From assembly GCA_036399335.1 (NCBI GenBank), contig DASWNF010000009.1, positions 20,625 to 84,624 of the forward strand: a stretch of 64,000 bases of DNA, written 5' to 3'. The notes beneath the pieces were generated by a model. That model ran no database searches. It was not told the DNA's origin and worked only from the letters and a program-made list of their open reading frames with translations. The DNA is from Minisyncoccota bacterium. Lineage in GTDB: Bacteria > Patescibacteriota > Minisyncoccia > Phycocordibacterales > Phycocordibacteraceae. Numbering within the stretch: position 1 is the stretch's first letter; each line of letters begins with the position of its first letter. Positions 57,511 to 64,000 of the stretch are shown here, one piece after another. A program made the position numbers and the translations under genes.

Positions 57511-57999
57511 TTAGAGGATTGGGGCGAGGGGTACGTCTTTTATCTCCTTGAGGTCGAGCCCTTCGCGGACTTCCTTTAAGATGTTCTCCATTTCCTCTTT
57601 CTTTTTCGTAACCGCCTCGGAAGTATCTTCTATCTTCTCTGCGAGGTCTTTTGCTTCGGTAACCGTTTCGGTAACCTTGGGCAGTACTTTCTCGACGACT
57701 GGAAGCGGGAGCGCCGGGCGTACGGCGGGCGTTGCGCTCGCGCTTCCCGTCACGGCCTTCTTAAGTGACGGGACTGAAGACGTGGCTAGGGAGGTGGCCT
57801 CGGGGGCTGCCTGGGGTGTCGAAGTCGACATCGCTTCGAGTAATCCTGATTTTTTGAGCCCTGCCTTAAATTGCACGATAGGGTCTTCCTGCATCTCTAC
57901 CAGTAGGTTTGAGGCGGCCCAGCTTATGCCGAAGATGCCGAGGAAGCCCAGTATGCCGACAAGTACCCGTGGAAGGTATCTTCTAAAGAGACCAAACAT
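57511..57999 (-). CDS. Membrane-anchored hypothetical protein
   Basis: N-terminal TM, low-complexity Ser/Thr/Ala linker, charged C-terminus; start uncertain. Confidence 0.65.
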   Translation of the reverse strand: MFGLFRRYLPRVLVGILGFLGIFGISWAASNLLVEMQEDPIVQFKAGLKKSGLLEAMSTSTPQAAPEATSLATSSVPSLKKAVTGSASATPAVRPALPLPVVEKVLPKVTETVTEAKDLAEKIEDTSEAVTKKKEEMENILKEVREGLDLKEIKDVPLAPIL

Positions 58000-58068
58000 T
58001 ACTATAAATAGTACCATTTTCGGTTTTGTTGCTTCAAGCGCATCCATAAAAGAGGCTATACTGACCCC

Positions 58069-59145
58069 ATGAACGGCCTACTCTCCTTCATAGAGCGCCA
58101 CGAACATCGGCTTTCGACCCTTGTCTTCATTACCGGTTTCGTTACCGACCTCCTGACTCTCACCCTGCTCGACCTCAGGCAAATCAACCTGGTTTTCCTC
58201 GCGTACCTCGGTATCGCGGCCCTGCTCACCATATGTACGCACACGTTCAGGCAATACGTGCACGAGCCAGCTTCCTGGCTCAGGAGTATTGCCGTATGCG
58301 CGCCTCTCGGAGCCGCCTTTACCATCGGGAGCATCCTCTCCGGTTGCCTCATCCTCTTTACCCGAAGTTCTGCGCTGTCGGTCTCATGGCCGTTCCTGCT
58401 GCTCCTCGGCATGATCTTCCTTGGGAACGAGCTTTTCCGCAGTTACCGCTCGCACCTGGTATTCCAGGGCATACTCTTCTTCTTTGCGCTCTACGCGTAC
58501 CTCATTTTTGCCATGCCGCTCTATACGCATGTGCTCGCGCCATGGGTCTTCCTCTGGAGCACGACGCTTGCCGTGCTCTTCTTCGCGCTTTTCATGTGCG
58601 TACTTGCACTCTTTAGTCGACAGCAGTTTTCGTCTACGCTTTGGCAGGTTATCGGCGGCGCAGCCGGCATCGTTGCCGTTGTGGTCGGGCTCTACTATAG
58701 CGGCCTGGTACCGCCGATACCGCTTACTCTTATGGAGAGCGGCGTATACCACAGCATCACGCGTACGCCTGACGGCTACGTCGTGACGCACGAGGGCGCA
58801 GGGCGCTGGTCGCGCTTCCTTGAGCGTACGGTACATCATGTGCCCGGCACGCCACTCTACGCGTACGGTGCCGTCTTTGCCCCGGCAGCCTTCTCCGAGA
58901 ACGTCATACATCGTTGGGAGCGCTACGACCCTGCACGCGGTGCGTGGGTGACCGAATCGGTCGTCGCCTTCACCCTCTCAGGAGGCCGTAAGCAAGGCTA
59001 TCGCGGCTACTCGGAAAAGAGCGACCCTAAACCCGGCACGTGGCGCGTAAGCATCGAGACCCTCGACGGGCAGGTAATCGGCCGGCTCCGTTTTGAAGTC
59101 GTGAACGTGTCCGTGCCGCCCCGGCTCTATACGAGTGTGCGATAG
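58069..59145 (+). CDS. DUF2914 domain membrane protein
   Basis: Multi-TM, VPPIPL.L, GGRKQGYRGYS.K, GTWRV. Confidence 0.85.
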   Translation: MNGLLSFIERHEHRLSTLVFITGFVTDLLTLTLLDLRQINLVFLAYLGIAALLTICTHTFRQYVHEPASWLRSIAVCAPLGAAFTIGSILSGCLILFTRSSALSVSWPFLLLLGMIFLGNELFRSYRSHLVFQGILFFFALYAYLIFAMPLYTHVLAPWVFLWSTTLAVLFFALFMCVLALFSRQQFSSTLWQVIGGAAGIVAVVVGLYYSGLVPPIPLTLMESGVYHSITRTPDGYVVTHEGAGRWSRFLERTVHHVPGTPLYAYGAVFAPAAFSENVIHRWERYDPARGAWVTESVVAFTLSGGRKQGYRGYSEKSDPKPGTWRVSIETLDGQVIGRLRFEVVNVSVPPRLYTSVR

Positions 59146-59191
59146 CAAAAGCCTCCGACTATGCGGAGGCTTTGTGCGAAGGCGGATGCGG

Positions 59192-59698
59192 CTAGCCCGC
59201 CTTAACCTTGAGCTTTGTCTGGCGCGACTTATCGAGGCGCGGGAGGGCGAGCGTAAGGAGGCCGTCCTTTGCGCTTGCCGTCGCGTTATCAACGTCTATT
59301 TCCTGGGGCAGGAGGATGGTGGTGGAGAAGGAGCCCCAGAAAAGCTCGCGCTTGATGTAGTCGTGGTCCAAGACCTGGTCGCGCTCCTCGCGCACGCCGT
59401 CGATGACGACCATGTCACGGCTGATAGAAAGGTTGATGTCGTCAGGACGAACGCCGGCGACGAAGGCCCGAACGACGATCTCGTTCTCGGTCTGGTATAC
59501 GTCAACGGGGAGCTGCCCTTCGGCAGTGTCGGGCTCGTGGGCAGCGTATGTGTTTACGGCGACTGCGGATGGGGCTGATGAGGTGCCCGTTACGCCGCGT
59601 CGTACGCCGTATGCGGGTGCAACGTCGTCGTCGAAGGCATCGTAGTCGTCGATTGGGGCAGAGCCCGAGAGGCGATCGAAGAATGAGCGCTTTTTCAT
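59192..59698 (-). CDS. Hsp20 family small heat-shock protein
   Basis: PVDVYQT, WGSFS..I.LP, DGLLTL.LP. Confidence 0.93.
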   Translation of the reverse strand: MKKRSFFDRLSGSAPIDDYDAFDDDVAPAYGVRRGVTGTSSAPSAVAVNTYAAHEPDTAEGQLPVDVYQTENEIVVRAFVAGVRPDDINLSISRDMVVIDGVREERDQVLDHDYIKRELFWGSFSTTILLPQEIDVDNATASAKDGLLTLALPRLDKSRQTKLKVKAG

Positions 59699-59708
59699 AA
59701 TGAAGTTG

Positions 59709-60461
59709 CTAGCAAGTGTTCTTTGGTAAATTGCGATACCTGAAGTAGCGCAGGGCCTCGAAGAGAGCGAAAAATACGACTGCCGAAGTCCAGACGGTCA
59801 GGAATGCGTACAACGTATAGGCGCCGTCTCCTTGGATTATAAAAAAGTTGAACACAGCATGCAATGCGATAGCAAGGATAAGTCCTGCTGCGGCGCAGAG
59901 GGCACGGACCGGTTTGGAATAGGTGAAGGAGAAGGCGAGTGCGAAACCGATGACGGATGAGGCCATAACGTGGAGCAGGGTTGCGCCGATAAAGCGGAGG
60001 TTGCCGGTCGCAAGCCCCGAGAGCACTTCGCCGCTTGCAAACGGCACGACGAGGAAGAGGACGTTTTCGAGGGCGGCAAAGCCGAGTGCAACCGTCAGCA
60101 TGTAAATGACGAGGTCGACAGATTCGTTGACGTCCTTCCGCCAAAGGACGAGGAGGGCGGCGAGACCGTACTTAAGTGTCTCTTCTACGATGGACCAGCC
60201 GAGGATGATGGGCATGCAGAGCGCACCGCCGCGGCATTCGGCATACGTGAGCCGGGCAAAATCACGCACGAGGGCTTCGAGCGGCAGGGCGAGCGGTATG
60301 GCGAGCATGCCGGCGGCGAAGGCGATGACCAGCATCGGCAGCGGTTCGGGGCAGCGCTCGTCCTCCTTGAGGAGGAAGTAAAGCCAGACGAGCGGCGGCA
60401 GCACGCCGCCCAGGAAGGCGTAACCGATGGTGCTGAGCGGGAGGGTCTGGAGGAGTTCCAT
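59709..60461 (-). CDS. PrsW family intramembrane metalloprotease
   Basis: PEP, EETLK, LGFAALEN, LLH, LHAVFN. Confidence 0.92.
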   Translation of the reverse strand: MELLQTLPLSTIGYAFLGGVLPPLVWLYFLLKEDERCPEPLPMLVIAFAAGMLAIPLALPLEALVRDFARLTYAECRGGALCMPIILGWSIVEETLKYGLAALLVLWRKDVNESVDLVIYMLTVALGFAALENVLFLVVPFASGEVLSGLATGNLRFIGATLLHVMASSVIGFALAFSFTYSKPVRALCAAAGLILAIALHAVFNFFIIQGDGAYTLYAFLTVWTSAVVFFALFEALRYFRYRNLPKNTC

Positions 60462-60512
60462 AGAGGGCCGGTACGCCTAAGTATAGCCCGTCCATGCCCC
60501 GTATGCGGGGGA

Positions 60513-62639
60513 TTAGGCAGTGGGAGCTGAGGGCCAAGGGGCGACCATAAGGAGGCCATCCGTTCCCGGTACCGAGCCCCAAACCTCTTCGGTGACAAAA
60601 GGCATGAAGGGATGGAGGAGCTTCAGGGAGTCGGTAAGGAGCGACAGGAGAAGCGCCTGGCGCGACGCCTTGGCAGCGATGTCGTCGCCCTGGAGGAGCG
60701 GCTTTGATTCTTCGAGGATGACGGCAGCGAAGCGGTCCCAAACATAGTGGTAGAGCTTCTCGGCGGCAAGGTAGATGCGGTATGCCTCGAGGTCGGCGGT
60801 TACGTCCTTGGCAAGCGCGTCGAGTTCGGCGCGAAGTTCCTGGTCGGCATCCGTAAGCGGAGCGGTGAGGTCTGCGCCTTCAGTATTCTCAAGGACAAAG
60901 CGCGCAATATTCCAGAGCTTGTTGGCGAAGTGCTTGTAGCCCTTGACCTTATCCTCGCGGAGCGCGAGGTCGGTGCCCGGAGTATTCCCGACGACGAGGC
61001 TCATGCGGAGCGCGTCCGTGCCGTACTTGTCGGTGAGTTCGAGTGGGTTGATGACATTGCCCTTCGACTTCGACATCTTCTTGCCGTTCGCGTCGTTCAC
61101 GAGGCCGTGAAGGTAGATGGTGTGGAAGGGCGCCTTGCCCGTCAGGTACAGGCTAAAGGCGACCATACGCGCTACCCAGAAGAAGATGATGTCGCGGCCG
61201 GTTTCCATGACGTCAGTCGGGAAGTGCGCGCCGTAGTCAGGACCGTCCGGGTACCCAGTGACCATAAGCGGCCACTGGCCGGAAGAAAACCACGTATCAA
61301 AGGTGTCTGCGTCGCGTTCCCAGCCTTCACCCTCGGGCTGTTCGAGGGATGCCACTACCTCTTCGGCAGCGGTGCCGCGCCCGCGGAACCAAGCGGGGAT
61401 TTGGATGCCCCAGACAATCTGGCGGGAAATATTCCAATCGAGGACATTTTCCATCCAGTGGCGGAATATTTTCGCTTCGTTATCGGGCACGAAACGGAAG
61501 TCACCGGCGGCCTCGGCCGCAAGCGCTTTCTCGGCAAGCGGTGCCATCTTCACGAACCACTGGTCCTTAACCTGGGGCTCGATCAAGGTCGCGCACTTAT
61601 AGCAGCGCTTTACGACGTGTCGGTAAGACTCGTCAATGCGGGTGACGAGGCCCTTCGCACGGAGCTTCTCGACGATCTTCTCCCGCGCCTCGGCTATCTT
61701 CATGCCTTCGAACTCGCCTGCGATAGGCAGGAGCTTTCCGCGCCAATCGAGAATTTGCTCCATGGGGAGGTCGTACTTCTTAGCCAGGTCGAAGTCAACC
61801 TGGCTGTGCCAGGGGGTAATGGTCATGACGCCGGTACCGAATTCCGGGTCGATGACCTCATCCTTGAGTACCGTCGCCTCGATAGGCCCGTTAATCCACT
61901 CCACCGTGAGCTTCTGGCCGTGTTCGTAGCTTGCATAGCGCGCATCGTCCGGATGCATGACGACGTACTTGTCGGCGAACTTCGTTTCGGGGCGCGCCGT
62001 CGCAATCTCAAACGGGCCGTACTGGAAGTAGTAGAGCTTCGACGGCTCGTCGACGCTTTCGGTCTCGATGTCGGAGAGGGAGGTCTGGTGCTTCGAACAC
62101 CAGTTCACGATGCGGTTGCCGCGGTAGACGAGCCCGTCCCCGTGCATCTTTACGAAGGTTTCTTGCACGCGGGTCACGACGTCCGGGTCGAGGGTGAACT
62201 TCTCACGCGACCAATCGCATGAAGCGCCAAGCGCGCGCACCTGGCCTTCCATGTTCTTCTTATTCTCAAGCGTAAAGGCGAGGATCTCCTCATAGAGTTC
62301 CTTCGGGTCCATCTGGAAGCGGGAGCGACCCTCCTTCTCGAGCTTCTTCTCGTAGACGACCTGGGTCTCAAAGCCTGCGTGGTCTGCGCCCGGGATCCAA
62401 AGCGCCTTATATCCCTGCATGCGGCGGAAGCGTATGAAGAGGTCTTCAAGGGTAATGAAGAGCGCGTGGCCGGCGTGGAGGTTGCCGTTCGCGTTTGGCG
62501 GGGGCATCACGATGGTGAATGCCCGACTTCGCTCGCCCGGAAGGTTGTCCGGGTTAAAGTACCCGCTTTCTTCCCAGCGCTCATAGATAGGCTTCTCGGC
62601 TTCGAGCGGGTTGTACGGCTTAAGGAATTTCTCGTCCAT
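60513..62639 (-). CDS. valS: Valine--tRNA ligase (C-terminally short)
   Basis: PPPNANG.LHAGHA, DWNISRQIVWG, DTWFSS, KMSKS, LHPFMPFVTEE. Confidence 0.96.
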   Translation of the reverse strand: MDEKFLKPYNPLEAEKPIYERWEESGYFNPDNLPGERSRAFTIVMPPPNANGNLHAGHALFITLEDLFIRFRRMQGYKALWIPGADHAGFETQVVYEKKLEKEGRSRFQMDPKELYEEILAFTLENKKNMEGQVRALGASCDWSREKFTLDPDVVTRVQETFVKMHGDGLVYRGNRIVNWCSKHQTSLSDIETESVDEPSKLYYFQYGPFEIATARPETKFADKYVVMHPDDARYASYEHGQKLTVEWINGPIEATVLKDEVIDPEFGTGVMTITPWHSQVDFDLAKKYDLPMEQILDWRGKLLPIAGEFEGMKIAEAREKIVEKLRAKGLVTRIDESYRHVVKRCYKCATLIEPQVKDQWFVKMAPLAEKALAAEAAGDFRFVPDNEAKIFRHWMENVLDWNISRQIVWGIQIPAWFRGRGTAAEEVVASLEQPEGEGWERDADTFDTWFSSGQWPLMVTGYPDGPDYGAHFPTDVMETGRDIIFFWVARMVAFSLYLTGKAPFHTIYLHGLVNDANGKKMSKSKGNVINPLELTDKYGTDALRMSLVVGNTPGTDLALREDKVKGYKHFANKLWNIARFVLENTEGADLTAPLTDADQELRAELDALAKDVTADLEAYRIYLAAEKLYHYVWDRFAAVILEESKPLLQGDDIAAKASRQALLLSLLTDSLKLLHPFMPFVTEEVWGSVPGTDGLLMVAPWPSAPTA

Positions 62640-62667
62640 GTAGCCCAAATATAGCAGAGTTACGGCG

Positions 62668-63855
62668 TTATTTAAGCCGGGTACCGAGCGCGCGATTGCC
62701 GTCCGCAATGAGCCCGTCCGCATCTGCAAATTCGCCCCGCTTCGCCCGGAAGTATCCGGCAAGCGCGATCATGATGGCGTTATCGCCTGTAAGGAAGGGC
62801 ACTGGTATGGAAAGCGAGACTTCAGGGTGGTCGGCGGGGAGCTTTTCCGAGAATACCCGCTTTATGTACGCGTTAGCCGAGACGCCACCGCCAATCGCAA
62901 GCGATAGCGCGCCGGTCTCTTCAATAGCCCGCACGGTCTTCGCGTAGAGTACGTCGGCAACGGCCTCCTCGAAGGCGAGCGCCATGTCCTCCTTCTCCGT
63001 CTCGTCGAGTTCTTTATCCTTCACGAGGTACAGCACGGCCGTCTTAAGGCCGCTAAAGGAGAAATCGCAGCTGTCGCTCGTAAGCATGGGGCGCGGAAGG
63101 GTGAACGGGTTGGCGCCGCCGCGCTCGCGCGCCCTCTCTGCGAGCCGCGAAATCTCAGGGCCGCCCGGATAGGGAAGCGCGAGCATGCGCGCGACTTTAT
63201 CGAAGGCTTCGCCCACGGCATCATCACGCGTCTGCCCGACGAGCCGGTACTCGAGCCAGTCGGTCATCTCGACTATTTCCGTATGGCCGCCCGAGATGAG
63301 GAGGCCGAGCAAGGGAAGCGACGTCTCGGGAAGGAGATATGCGTTAGCTTCTTGTTCTTGTAAGAGCGCTGCGAGCAAATGCCCCTCCATGTGATTTACC
63401 GAGATGAGCGGCTTGTGCCATACGAGCGCGAGCGCCTTTGCGAAGTTAACCCCTACCCAAAGCGCGGGCTCGAGCCCGGGGCCGGCCGTCACGGCAATGG
63501 CATCGATATCCGGCACCCCGTACTCGCGCAGCATGGCGAGGAGCGCACCCGCGAGGTCGCCCTCGCGCTCAAGCAGTGTGCCAAGCGCAGACTCAATGTC
63601 GGCAGGGATGCTTTGCAGGTCTTTCCGGAGCATCTCTGCTTCTTCGAGCGCCGCAGAAAGGAGCGGTACGAGGTTCTTTGCATGCTCGCGCTTCGCGAGC
63701 ATGGGGTACACGCCGCCGTATTCGCGGTGTACTTCTATTTGCGAGAGGAGGGCATTCCCGAGAATAGTGAAAGACGTGCCGCCTTCGGCCACTGTCCCCT
63801 CGACGATGGCAATCGCCGTTTCGTCGCAGCTCGTTTCTATGGCCAGGATTCGCAT
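62668..63855 (-). CDS. tsaD: tRNA N6-adenosine threonylcarbamoyltransferase
   Basis: ILAIETSCDET, HMEGH, SGGHT, DDAVGEAFDKVAR, DNAIMIA. Confidence 0.96.
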   Translation of the reverse strand: MRILAIETSCDETAIAIVEGTVAEGGTSFTILGNALLSQIEVHREYGGVYPMLAKREHAKNLVPLLSAALEEAEMLRKDLQSIPADIESALGTLLEREGDLAGALLAMLREYGVPDIDAIAVTAGPGLEPALWVGVNFAKALALVWHKPLISVNHMEGHLLAALLQEQEANAYLLPETSLPLLGLLISGGHTEIVEMTDWLEYRLVGQTRDDAVGEAFDKVARMLALPYPGGPEISRLAERARERGGANPFTLPRPMLTSDSCDFSFSGLKTAVLYLVKDKELDETEKEDMALAFEEAVADVLYAKTVRAIEETGALSLAIGGGVSANAYIKRVFSEKLPADHPEVSLSIPVPFLTGDNAIMIALAGYFRAKRGEFADADGLIADGNRALGTRLK

Positions 63856-63877
63856 ACGTAGTCAGGGCTACTGACCG

Positions 63878-64000
63878 TTAGGGGTTCGTGGCTTTTGTAT
63901 TGCCCGTATCCTCATTCGTTTCGACTATTTCCCAAGGGAACGGCCCTTCGCGGGGTATTAGGAAGCCTGCGGAATTGGGGTGCCCGTTGCCGCCGTATTT
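63878..64000 (-). CDS. 3' end of DHH/DHHA1 family phosphoesterase (truncated by window)
   Basis: Hand translation KYGGNGHPNSAGFLIP...ATNP* resembles the DHHA1 GGGH..AAG motif. Confidence 0.6.
   Translation of the reverse strand, partial: KYGGNGHPNSAGFLIPREGPFPWEIVETNEDTGNTKATNP

Overview
This 64 kb window looks like chromosome from a small-genome bacterium. Gene content (lemA-htpX, murJ-lepA, short valS, class II RNR, type IV pilin cluster, PEP-utiliser fusion) suggests Patescibacteria/CPR, Parcubacteria-like; this is inference. The high-GC backbone carries housekeeping, repair and stress genes (DEAD-box helicase, msrA/B, VKOR, nth, mutY, rnj, secG, groES/EL, nrdJ, murJ, lepA, frr, rseP, valS, tsaD), four tRNAs and rnpB. 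Three things stand out. (1) Two AT-richer accessory arrays (~454-2750 and ~33173-34773) in which single genes are separated by a degenerate ~30-bp direct repeat (consensus GTTCCAACATCGTCCCAGACTGCCAGCAAT, 10 copies). A distinct variant opens both arrays. It matches neither attC, dif nor a CRISPR array and is my best candidate for an undescribed gene-cassette system. (2) A complete diversity-generating retroelement next to tRNA-Ser: RT, Avd, TR and target gene. All 15 TR/VR differences fall at TR adenines, and avd is inverted. (3) Several unannotated structured RNAs, including a 6S-like RNA at ~12035-12197. All calls were made by eye from the sequence and ORF track; no searches were run.
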